Position numbers and translations under genes: made by a program. DNA of 27,831 nt from a virus. Lineage: Duplodnaviria > Caudoviricetes. Where the stretch lies: positions 1 to 27,831 of IMG/VR virus record IMGVR_UViG_3300010271_000145; one strand, given 5' to 3'. Positions 18,000 through 26,030 of the stretch are shown here, piece after piece. The number at the start of each line of letters is the position of its first letter. The first letter of the stretch is position 1. Under the pieces are notes generated by a model. The model was not told where the DNA came from, searched no databases, and was given only the letters and a program-made list of their open reading frames with translations.

Positions 18000-19025
18000 T
18001 TAACCTTGAGGAACATCAAGAACCGCAAAAGCACCAGGAGCAACTGGAGAACCATCAACTTCAATGGTAAATCTCAACAGCACCTCATTCTTGGTAAATC
18101 TGGCGTGTTCGGACATAGCAATGGCCAAAGCTTTTTTATCTCCAATATAGTAATATCGAAAATCACCAAATATTACATCACCTTTATTTCCCAAAGCAGG
18201 TAATTTATCGGTTACTACGTAAGGGTATCCAATGATTGTTCCTGGCTCAGCAGCAGTGGGTGGCACCCAAATCAGATTATTGTTGGCATCGGCTAACTGT
18301 TTTACTGATTTCATAGCTAAACGGGAAATTACCCAAATAGGGGATAGTCCTTCTCTGGCTACTTTAGCTTCCATTTCCAGGAAGTCTTCATAAGAAACCA
18401 CAGAAGCAGTCTTCCTATTAACCACATTAACCCCCGGGCAGTTGATTATACCCATAGGTTCACCTTCTCCACTTCCAGTAAGATAAGCAACGTCTTCAGC
18501 ATAGGCCACAGCCTCAGCAAACAAGTTTCTCAAGTAGACGTCTCCTTCAGGAACAGAGTTGAGCCATTTTTGAGATACAGCAGTAAGCCCAACATATTCC
18601 CTGGCTGTTAAAACAACCTGCTTGAATATAGGCTCTGATGGGTCGACATCAGTCCCTTCTTTTTTCCAGTAACCCACTATCCCACCAAACTGTCCATTCT
18701 CTTGAGAAAGAGCCGGAACGGAAACGCTATCTCCCGGGGTAATGGTGATTACAACGCTTCGGGGTCTCACTATCTCCCGCTCTGATGCTAAATAAACTAA
18801 CTCATCATATAGCTGGGGAGGTATTAAGTAGCCACCAGAGTTGGAAGTCTGCACTGCTTTCTTTTCTAACCAGCTGTAATCCCGATTGCTCACAGCTCTA
18901 ACTAAAGAAACCAAGAAGTCCTCTTTATTACTCTCTCTATTCCCAAAAATGTCTTTTCTGTTTTCTTCCGTTAACTTTTGTATCTGCTCATTGACTAATT
19001 TCTCTACAAGCTCATTAACTTTCAT
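18000..19025 (-). CDS. Major capsid protein, HK97 family
   Basis: 'GGYLIPPQL','YLTGSGEGEPMGII','GTIIGYPYVVTD','VIFGDF' motifs. Confidence 0.96.
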   Translation of the reverse strand: MKVNELVEKLVNEQIQKLTEENRKDIFGNRESNKEDFLVSLVRAVSNRDYSWLEKKAVQTSNSGGYLIPPQLYDELVYLASEREIVRPRSVVITITPGDSVSVPALSQENGQFGGIVGYWKKEGTDVDPSEPIFKQVVLTAREYVGLTAVSQKWLNSVPEGDVYLRNLFAEAVAYAEDVAYLTGSGEGEPMGIINCPGVNVVNRKTASVVSYEDFLEMEAKVAREGLSPIWVISRLAMKSVKQLADANNNLIWVPPTAAEPGTIIGYPYVVTDKLPALGNKGDVIFGDFRYYYIGDKKALAIAMSEHARFTKNEVLLRFTIEVDGSPVAPGAFAVLDVPQG

Positions 19026-19037
19026 TGCCTTTTCCTC

Positions 19038-19853
19038 CTATAGATGTAATTCAGATAAACTTTTGTGTACTTGTTTTGCAGCTTTCTGCATTATCTCTTC
19101 TACTTGCTCAACATCTAATTCATCAACATCCATTTCTAATATGTCTTCGTCTGTGGTTTTTGTAGGTTCATTTTCTTCTCCGTTTAGCTTATCTTCCTTG
19201 TTTAAAAAAAGTAAAACGTTATCCAGCTTCTCACCAATCACTTGTAATTCGTCCCAGCAACTTATAACCCTATCAAAAAGCTCTTTTAAGGTTAATTTCT
19301 CTTCTGTTATCTTTTTCTCATCAAGAACTTTCTCCGACTCTTCTTCCTGATACTCCCCATCTTCATATTTCTGCACCTCTTTTAATAATCCCTTCAAATG
19401 AGTACCTGTTTCTGGGTTAGCGGGAATAGGCACAGCAGAAAATTCCAACAGCTCCCACTTAGTGTATCTCCACCCTGTTTGAACCCCATCTTCCCCAATT
19501 AGGGGCTCTTTCTCTATTGGAGAGAAACCAACACTCCAAGCTTTCATAAACCCCTGCTCGTAGGCATTTTTAACATAAGGAGCAATAGGATTAACCTCCT
19601 GAGGAGCAAATCTAACTTTAGAAAGAACTTCCTCATCGTTAATTGTTATACCTTCAGCTTTCCCAATAGGGATGGAATGGTAATCATGGGCAAAAGTTAT
19701 TACTGGATTATTAAGAAAGTTTTCAAAGATGCAGCCTTTAGGTTCCACTATATCCCCATATCTATCCTTTGCTTTGGTAGATATAGTAACCTCTATTGAA
19801 CCATCTTCTGCGGATTTAATTTTAGATTCAAAGATCTTCTTTACAACTTCCAT
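19038..19853 (-). CDS. HK97-type prohead protease with acidic C-terminal extension
   Basis: 'DRYGDIV','NPVITFAHD...PIGK','AWSVGF','LLEFSAVPIPANP' motifs. Confidence 0.93.
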   Translation of the reverse strand: MEVVKKIFESKIKSAEDGSIEVTISTKAKDRYGDIVEPKGCIFENFLNNPVITFAHDYHSIPIGKAEGITINDEEVLSKVRFAPQEVNPIAPYVKNAYEQGFMKAWSVGFSPIEKEPLIGEDGVQTGWRYTKWELLEFSAVPIPANPETGTHLKGLLKEVQKYEDGEYQEEESEKVLDEKKITEEKLTLKELFDRVISCWDELQVIGEKLDNVLLFLNKEDKLNGEENEPTKTTDEDILEMDVDELDVEQVEEIMQKAAKQVHKSLSELHL

Positions 19854-19866
19854 ATTATCAACTCCT

Positions 19867-21777
19867 TCATTCTTCCACCACCGCTATCAATGCACATCGG
19901 CAATTAACATGCCGTTCTGGAATACCGTTTAGGGGATATCTTTTCCCATGTCTTGGCATACATTCCGGGCACACTCTTTCATCTTCTGCCGTCCACCACT
20001 CTACTAATTTATATCCCACTTTTTTCCAGGTAAGAATTTGACCATTACGGAATGCTTCCAGTGTTTCTGTCCTTGCTATAGCTTCAGCCCTTGCTCCCTT
20101 AGCTACTTTGAATACTTCGCTAACCCTATCCGTAAGCTTCGGAATACTCTCTCCCTGCATAATCCCCTCAGCCAGCGTTTCCCTGAGTTGCTGTAAAGTG
20201 GTGGTGTTAATCCCTTTGATTTTTGTTCCTGCTCTCTCTTTAATCCATTGAATAGCTAAGGGGTCAGAAACTTGGAAAGCTGGAGTAAGAAGTCCAGATG
20301 CCTCTATTCCCTCTCCCAACGCTTCAATAAGTAAGGGTTTAGCAATGCTCATAATTAACTCATCATAAAATGCTCTTTCAAATAAGACCTCATCAGGCAT
20401 AATCTTAATTATGCCTTTTTTAGTCTTGAGCTTTTGGATAACATCATCCTGTTGGGATTGGAAAAACTTCTTTAGCTCTCTAATCCATTTACCTTCAGTC
20501 CTATCCCATTTCTCTCTCCAGCCTTCCCATATAATGGGCATATCATTAACTGGGAAAATATGAGCTAACTTTCGATTAACAAAAGATTTCTTAACTGATT
20601 TCTCCTGAGGCTCATAAAGGACATTAAAAGAAGTAGAATACACATCCCCGTCTTTAGTCGCCCCAAAGCCAAGTAGCTCTCTGGCTTCATTCCTGGTGAT
20701 AATTCCAGAAACAAATCCTTTTTCTGCCACAGCTAAGTCAGTGTTTCTATCCCGGGGAGCGCTAAAATCAAACTGAAAATATAAGTTTTCTCCAAAATGG
20801 GGAAGAAGAAACTCAGAAATTTTAATTTCCAATAAACTAAGTCGTGGTCTTAACACATATTTAGCAAACACATATTCCGCAGTTTCCATATTGGCTCGGT
20901 TAAACCCTTCCGTAACTCCTAATATAGCCAGTGGAACTCCATATAGGCCTAAAATGTTTTCTCGGGTAAGCTTCCTCCCCTCTATAAATTCCATATCTCT
21001 CCGGGTTAAGGTTACCAGGTTAAACTTCGCCCCCCCGTCTAAAACTGCTAGACGGTGGGCGTTCTCCACTCCCCCATATTCTCCCTCCCACTGATACCTT
21101 ATGCGCCTTACGGATTCGTCAGTCATTTTCCCCGGAGCTTCTATAATTGCTGGGGGCAGAGCCGAATTGTGAAAGAAGTTTCTGTTCCAACGAGCTGAAT
21201 ATCGTTCACTATCTATGTCGTCTATTCCTGCAGCTAGAGGAGAGACTCCCCGTAAGTGGTTAGCTGGATCGTGTCTTTTAAAATGAATGATTTCCTGAGG
21301 AGAGAACTTAACACTCCCTTTATTGGTAATATATTCATAGCTTTCCACTAACTGGCTTCTCCCCGGATTAACTTTCATAAATTGAGGATATAAAACCCAG
21401 ATTTCCACTGGCTTTTTACCCACAAAATTGAGATACCAAAAAGCTTCTCCGATTAAGTCTAAATAGCAAGAGGTAAGAAAAAATAAATCAAAATTATCAC
21501 AATAAGGATTGGGCTTATCTAAAAGCTTAATAACTGGGTTGTTTTCATCAGAAATCTCTACCCATTCCTTATTTTTTTGTTGGAGTATCATCCACCCGGT
21601 TTGGGAAATCCCTTCGGCAATTTTGGACACCACAGCAAATAACCAGCCCACTTCTTTATACAGGCTTATATAATCTGGTAACCCTCGGTGGGGGGAAATA
21701 GGGTTCAAAAAAGTCCAATATTCAGTATTGGTCTTTTTCTGTTTCCATACCGAAGGGAAAAAACTTTTTATGTTCAT
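19867..21777 (-). CDS. HK97-family portal fused to Mu gpF/SPP1 gp7 minor head domain
   Basis: Portal motifs ('EIIHFK','RGVSPL','NFFHNSALP','DMEFIE','TRNEARELLG') then F domain ('RAEAIARTET','WWTAEDERVCPEC','HVNCRC') in one frame. Confidence 0.92.
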   Translation of the reverse strand: MNIKSFFPSVWKQKKTNTEYWTFLNPISPHRGLPDYISLYKEVGWLFAVVSKIAEGISQTGWMILQQKNKEWVEISDENNPVIKLLDKPNPYCDNFDLFFLTSCYLDLIGEAFWYLNFVGKKPVEIWVLYPQFMKVNPGRSQLVESYEYITNKGSVKFSPQEIIHFKRHDPANHLRGVSPLAAGIDDIDSERYSARWNRNFFHNSALPPAIIEAPGKMTDESVRRIRYQWEGEYGGVENAHRLAVLDGGAKFNLVTLTRRDMEFIEGRKLTRENILGLYGVPLAILGVTEGFNRANMETAEYVFAKYVLRPRLSLLEIKISEFLLPHFGENLYFQFDFSAPRDRNTDLAVAEKGFVSGIITRNEARELLGFGATKDGDVYSTSFNVLYEPQEKSVKKSFVNRKLAHIFPVNDMPIIWEGWREKWDRTEGKWIRELKKFFQSQQDDVIQKLKTKKGIIKIMPDEVLFERAFYDELIMSIAKPLLIEALGEGIEASGLLTPAFQVSDPLAIQWIKERAGTKIKGINTTTLQQLRETLAEGIMQGESIPKLTDRVSEVFKVAKGARAEAIARTETLEAFRNGQILTWKKVGYKLVEWWTAEDERVCPECMPRHGKRYPLNGIPERHVNCRCALIAVVEE

Positions 21778-21796
21778 AACTTTTTCTTGGCCACCT

Positions 21797-22963
21797 CTAT
21801 AAGATTCTCAACTCTGGTTCAGCAAAAACAGCCCTGCTCCCTAGGGCATACCTTAAACTATCCAATGCATGGTCGTTAAACTTAACTGGCTCTTCCAATA
21901 TCCTTCCTTCTTTGTCTTCTCTCCACTTATAGGAGCGAATCTCTTTGATGAGATTTACTGAATCACTTAAAATATGAAGCCTATACTGTTTAAGTTTATC
22001 TATGCCAAACCTCACCTCTTTGTGGGCAGGATATATGTTGAAGCCCGCTTGATAGATTTCCTCTATCCTCTGGGGCTCAGCAGAATCAGCATAAATGGGA
22101 GTATCCTTACTTACCCTACTCTTTAACAGCTCAATCAAGTCACTATTGGTTAAGTGAGATTGATAAATCAACTCTTGAGCCCAAGCTTCATTTTCTTTTA
22201 CCCAAACCTCTGTTAGGGCAGTAGGATTGACGTAGCCAAAGTCCAAACCGTAGATAATTTCGTCACAGTTTTCAGGGATGGTATCTACTACGTCCCAGTT
22301 GGAGTAAATCAGGTTCTGTAATATTCCCCACTCCCCCAGGGCATAAATCCGGTAATAGTTTTCGTCTATTTCTGCCAATTGCTCTAACTGCTTAACGTAT
22401 TCAGGGGAGAGAAAAGGATTAAGTTTGTAATTGCTCTGGAAAGTTGCCATATCATCATTCGGTGCATCCAGAACTTTGGTCTTAATCCAGTGAAATTGGT
22501 CGATAGGGTTAAAAGTCATAATTAACTGGTTCTTTAAATTGTTCTTTCTTCGCAACCTCAACCGCAATTGCAAATAATCTTGATGGGTGAGCTCTGTGGC
22601 TTCTTCTGCCCAAACGTAGTTGAATTCAGCCGATTTTATCTTTTCGCTATTATCCAGAGACTTAAATAAAATTTGGTTGCTCCCTACATTCATTTCCAAC
22701 TCAGACTTATTCAATTCGTAAGGGATTTCATATTCATTGAGTAAGTCTTTCATTAACTGCAGACAACTTACTCGTAGGGCAGGCAATGTTTTTCGGGTAA
22801 CCAGAATTCTTTTATTGTTTTCTTCCAAAGCTCGTAAAATGGTATGCTGAGCAGTAGAAAAGCTCTTGCCTGAACCAGCCCCACCGTAGGAAACTAAAAC
22901 TTCTTTATCTCGATTATCAACAAAAAACTCATCAAATTCTCCGATAATCTTAATCGTTGCCAC
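21797..22963 (-). CDS. Terminase large subunit, PBSX family
   Basis: Walker A 'YGGAGSGKS', Walker B 'VWAEEATE', 'MTFNP', nuclease 'GLDFGY','ADSAEP','NDHALDSLRYA'. Confidence 0.96.
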   Translation of the reverse strand: MATIKIIGEFDEFFVDNRDKEVLVSYGGAGSGKSFSTAQHTILRALEENNKRILVTRKTLPALRVSCLQLMKDLLNEYEIPYELNKSELEMNVGSNQILFKSLDNSEKIKSAEFNYVWAEEATELTHQDYLQLRLRLRRKNNLKNQLIMTFNPIDQFHWIKTKVLDAPNDDMATFQSNYKLNPFLSPEYVKQLEQLAEIDENYYRIYALGEWGILQNLIYSNWDVVDTIPENCDEIIYGLDFGYVNPTALTEVWVKENEAWAQELIYQSHLTNSDLIELLKSRVSKDTPIYADSAEPQRIEEIYQAGFNIYPAHKEVRFGIDKLKQYRLHILSDSVNLIKEIRSYKWREDKEGRILEEPVKFNDHALDSLRYALGSRAVFAEPELRIL

Positions 22964-23420
22964 TGTATACCCGTTCTACAATAACTCTTAATGGAGATTG
23001 ATTTTCTGGATTCTCTCCCAAAGCAACTTTACCAACGCTTTGCAACTGTTTAAGTGAATTAGAGAGCTTCTCCAACAACCTAACTTGCCTTTCTGTAAAA
23101 GCGTCTACTTTGGAATTCTTCATTTGCTCCTGCAGTGTATTGATTTGCTTCTCAATAATTCCAATAGCTGAACGAGCAACTCGCAAACAAAGATTATCAA
23201 AACTAGAAGCCTCGGAAGCCAGAAGTTCTGATTGTTTCTCTTGGCGCTTTAGTTCTGTTTTAGTTCCAAACAAGTTCCTCTCGGTAGACCAAGTTTCTCG
23301 TGCAGACCTTTTCTTGAGTGTTGAAAGAGAGATATTGTGTTTTTTTGCCAGTTCCTCAAGAGTAATATTACTTTCAACATACTCTCGTTTTATTTTTACC
23401 CAATCTATTCTTCTTCCCAT
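22950..23420 (-). CDS. Terminase small subunit
   Basis: N-terminal HTH 'DWVKIKREYV..ITLEELAKKHNISLSTLKKRSARETW'; overlaps the terL start. Confidence 0.85.
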   Translation of the reverse strand: MGRRIDWVKIKREYVESNITLEELAKKHNISLSTLKKRSARETWSTERNLFGTKTELKRQEKQSELLASEASSFDNLCLRVARSAIGIIEKQINTLQEQMKNSKVDAFTERQVRLLEKLSNSLKQLQSVGKVALGENPENQSPLRVIVERVYSGND

Positions 23421-23590
23421 ATATCCACCTTAAATATTTTCCCTCTCAACAACATAAGCTTCACTACTTCCGCTATTTCTGTTTCAGAGACATCAAGCTT
23501 AATCCTCGCCCCATTCCCCGCACCTGAAAAGTTAATTGCCGATTGGATGTCGGGCAATGAAGCATAAAATGAACAAACCTTCTCTCCCAT
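23405..23590 (-). CDS. Small hypothetical protein
   Basis: GGAGG RBS before ATG 23590 (MGEKVCSF...); packed between HNH and terS. Confidence 0.65.
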   Translation of the reverse strand: MGEKVCSFYASLPDIQSAINFSGAGNGARIKLDVSETEIAEVVKLMLLRGKIFKVDIWEEE

Positions 23591-23592
23591 TT

Positions 23593-23952
23593 TCAACCTC
23601 CGTGAAACTTCCGATGACAATCTCGACATAAGAAAATCAAAAACTCCGAAAGATGATAAATCTTTAGTGGACTTCTCCCCGCTAAGTGATGAACCTCAGT
23701 TCCTTCTTTTCCACAGAGCTCACATCTTCCATTAGCTCGCCCTTTTACTATCTTATAGCTCTCACTCATAAAGCCTTTTTTCTTCTCGCACAGTTCAGAT
23801 TCCCACTTAAATTTAGGGGCATTAAAATGCAAGAAGTCTTTTAAATCCCCAGCTATAGCCTTTAATAGTTCAAAATCCTTCTTTCCTCTTACCCCCTCTA
23901 TTTCCTCCCTAAAAGCTCGTATCTCTTCCTCAAACTCTTCTACGTCCATCAT
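23593..23952 (-). CDS. HNH endonuclease (packaging-associated position)
   Basis: 'CELCG...EVHH...LCRDCHRKFH' zinc/HNH-type motif upstream of terS. Confidence 0.85.
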   Translation of the reverse strand: MMDVEEFEEEIRAFREEIEGVRGKKDFELLKAIAGDLKDFLHFNAPKFKWESELCEKKKGFMSESYKIVKGRANGRCELCGKEGTEVHHLAGRSPLKIYHLSEFLIFLCRDCHRKFHGG

Positions 23953-24162
23953 TCACCCTCTATATATATGGTGCAAAATAGGGGGACACTTTAGCTCAAA
24001 CCCTTATTTCATGAGGGTTTGAGGGGTGTAAAAAACTTAAAAAAAATAGAAAAGGGAGGAAAAATGAAAAATCCTATACTCTGGAGTGCTTTCTAATACT
24101 TTCTTGTTTTAAGCATCTAAAAACTTTAAAAATATTTTTGAAATATTTTTGTAAAATTGAAC
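23953..24162. promoter_or_regulatory. Intergenic late-operon control or packaging region
   Basis: AT-rich gap with perfect 10-bp inverted repeat CTCAAACCCT (23995-24004)/AGGGTTTGAG (24014-24023) and tandem AAATATTTTTG x2 (24130-24151). Confidence 0.55.
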
Positions 24163-24501
24163 CTATTTCTTATGTGTCTTTATTTTCCTTTTTATCCTCT
24201 TTAAAATTGTTCTGGCGGTTTCTTTTTTTATGTTTAATGCCTCAGCAATCTGGTTTATAGAGTAACCTCTGCATTTCAAGGTCAATACTTCTTTTTGCCT
24301 CTCGGTAAGCCAGGTAATACTGGCAATAATACTATCCACAAAGCTCCAATCAGAGCTATCGATAATATTACAAATTTCCTCTTCCAACCCCTCTAAACTT
24401 AAACCACCCTGGGAATACGGTTCAGGATACAGACCTTCACTCCGGAGCTTTTTCTCCCAGGAAGTAAGCGATTTCTTGTCTAAATTTTGCTTTCTCTTCA
24501 T
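24163..24501 (-). CDS. Sigma-70 region 4/LuxR-type HTH protein, putative late transcription regulator
   Basis: 'LTERQKEVLTLKCRGYSINQIAEALNIKKETARTIL' HTH; last gene before the packaging operon. Confidence 0.85.
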   Translation of the reverse strand: MKRKQNLDKKSLTSWEKKLRSEGLYPEPYSQGGLSLEGLEEEICNIIDSSDWSFVDSIIASITWLTERQKEVLTLKCRGYSINQIAEALNIKKETARTILKRIKRKIKTHKK

Positions 24502-24715
24502 AGAACCAGCCCTCCTTTACCATATTTAAGAAATCTACTATTTCTTCAGCACTGTTACATTTCTTTAAAGCTCTCCACAAATCAATCCTGGCATTTAAAG
24601 CTTCACTCTCTGCTGGGTCTCCCAGATATCCTTCACAAGAGGTAAAAACCCCTCTATTGGGATAGGAAGAGAGAAGCCCAAGAACTATTTCTACCCAGTA
24701 TCTTTTCTCAACCAA
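24437..24715 (-). CDS. Hypothetical protein
   Basis: 92-aa TTG-start ORF overlapping both neighbours. Confidence 0.55.
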   Translation of the reverse strand: MVEKRYWVEIVLGLLSSYPNRGVFTSCEGYLGDPAESEALNARIDLWRALKKCNSAEEIVDFLNMVKEGWFYEEKAKFRQEIAYFLGEKAPE

Positions 24716-24902
24716 GTTTATACCCCCGGGAAGAATAATTTAAATACCGGCCTTCAGAGTCATGGGTCATCTCCCAAGCAGGGTCAAACCAATCCATTTC
24801 ATTAGAGCTTTTCTGTAAGTCCTTCTCATCAATACCAAATAAAGTGCAAAGTAAAACAAATTCTGCCGGTTGCTTAACTTTTAAAACTTCGTGTAGTAGC
24901 AT
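24708..24902 (-). CDS. Hypothetical protein
   Basis: 64 aa, strong GGAGGT RBS. Confidence 0.7.
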   Translation of the reverse strand: MLLHEVLKVKQPAEFVLLCTLFGIDEKDLQKSSNEMDWFDPAWEMTHDSEGRYLNYSSRGYKLG

Positions 24903-24915
24903 TTCCCACCTCCCT

Positions 24916-24960
24916 AAAATAAAAAGCCGCCAGCCGAGGTTAAATCTCGAACTGACGGCT
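24916..24960 (-). terminator. Intrinsic terminator-like hairpin
   Basis: Minus strand AGCCGTCAG-TTCGAG-loop-CTCGG-CTGGCGGCT followed by TTTTATTTT. Confidence 0.7.
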
Positions 24961-24994
24961 CCTTCACTCCAAGGTCCACCGTTAAGCTATTTAT

Positions 24995-25171
24995 CTACTT
25001 CTCCCCGGAAGACTGACTTTTCGTCTCGTCTTCTAAGAAGTATTCGGTTATCTCTGTCTTCCTTACTCTCCCATCCACAATTTTAAAGACCAGACAACCA
25101 TATTTCAAACCTCTTATTTTACAGTAATGTTCAATTTCACTCTTTAACGTTTCTGGAGGTAATAAAGCCAT
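24995..25171 (-). CDS. 58-aa protein, DUF2292/YezD-like (not in ORF track)
   Basis: Manual translation MALLPPETLKSEIEHYCKIRGLKYGCLVFKIVDGRVRKTEITEYFLEDETKSQSSGEK; 'YG.L.F.I.DG.V...E.TE' pattern. Confidence 0.55.
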   Translation of the reverse strand: MALLPPETLKSEIEHYCKIRGLKYGCLVFKIVDGRVRKTEITEYFLEDETKSQSSGEK

Positions 25172-25487
25172 TTACATTACTGTTAAAAAACTTAAGAAAT
25201 TCAAAATACTCTTTAGCCGGAACTACTACCAATGGTTCTTTCCTGTAAGAAGAAATAATAAGCCCTTCCCCTCCTTCTTCAACTGCCTTCTCCAGCCATC
25301 GATATATCTGAACAAATTCTCTTCCTCTATACTTACATTCAAATCTCATACCGGCTATTTCCACATCCAGCTTTTCCTGGGCACTACCAGAGAGAGGGAT
25401 ACGGCGAGAAGGTAAACCAAGCCCTTTAGCCAGGTTTACTATTCGGTATTCAAAGTTTTTACCTCTCTGTTTTTCCTGCCTGCTCAT
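25137..25487 (-). CDS. Holliday junction resolvase, Hjc-type PD-(D/E)xK nuclease
   Basis: 'KQRGKNFEYRI','RRIPLSGS','LDV','FECKYR' motifs. Confidence 0.85.
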   Translation of the reverse strand: MSRQEKQRGKNFEYRIVNLAKGLGLPSRRIPLSGSAQEKLDVEIAGMRFECKYRGREFVQIYRWLEKAVEEGGEGLIISSYRKEPLVVVPAKEYFEFLKFFNSNVNGFITSRNVKE

Positions 25488-25509
25488 TCCCTTTGCCTTT
25501 TTCCTCTCT

Positions 25510-25848
25510 TTATGCCCACTTGATTAAACGCCAATCCACTTCTATATCCACCAGTTCATCATCGCTAAGGAATTTCCCTTCTGGTAATCTATCACCATTT
25601 AGGAGTCCCACAATCAACTTGTCCGGGAATTTCCATTCCAAAGTGCAACGATTATAAGGGACGGGAACACCCAGGATTTTTGAGAATAACTTCGCTGTGC
25701 TCTCATGTCCCACAATCGAAATCCAAGGTTGAGCGTTCAGCATGGTTTTGATGCTTTTTACTGAAGTAGGTTCGATGATAATCTCGTGTAATTTCCGCTC
25801 TATCATTTTCAATGAGAAAGCATTGGCTATAATTAACAATTTACCCAT
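25510..25848 (-). CDS. acrIII-1: DUF1874 (STIV B116/YddF family) protein, AcrIII-1-like cyclic oligoadenylate ring nuclease
   Basis: 'ANAFSLKM','SIVGHESTA' (His48),'NR' (Arg67),'RLPEGKFL' (Arg87, Glu90) in the spacing and length (112 aa) of the family. Confidence 0.9.
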   Translation of the reverse strand: MGKLLIIANAFSLKMIERKLHEIIIEPTSVKSIKTMLNAQPWISIVGHESTAKLFSKILGVPVPYNRCTLEWKFPDKLIVGLLNGDRLPEGKFLSDDELVDIEVDWRLIKWA

Positions 25849-25853
25849 CCTCT

Positions 25854-26030
25854 CTAAAACGGCGCAACTTGGAATTTATCACAAATACAATCCAAGTCAT
25901 CAGAATTTTTCGCCTTGTCGATAAGATTTATTATTTCAGTAAACTCACTATACCTTATTTTCTTATCACTCAATATTCTTAAAAATTGCCGGTATAGAGC
26001 TACCTTTTTTGGCATAAGTTCATTTACCAT
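25854..26030 (-). CDS. 58-aa hypothetical protein (not in ORF track)
   Basis: Manual translation MVNELMPKKVALYRQFLRILSDKKIRYSEFTEIINLIDKAKNSDDLDCICDKFQVAPF; fills the gap between the DnaC-like and DUF1874 genes. Confidence 0.65.
   Translation of the reverse strand: MVNELMPKKVALYRQFLRILSDKKIRYSEFTEIINLIDKAKNSDDLDCICDKFQVAPF

Noticed and set aside
19867-20100. MuF polymorphic toxin
   Set aside because: The protein ends right after HVNCRC; there is no toxin extension or immunity gene.
25137-25848. Archaeal host suggested by Hjc-type resolvase and DUF1874
   Set aside because: Both families also occur in bacterial mobile elements; the holin/lysin cassette, DnaC-like loader and sigma-70 r4-type HTH point to a bacterial host.
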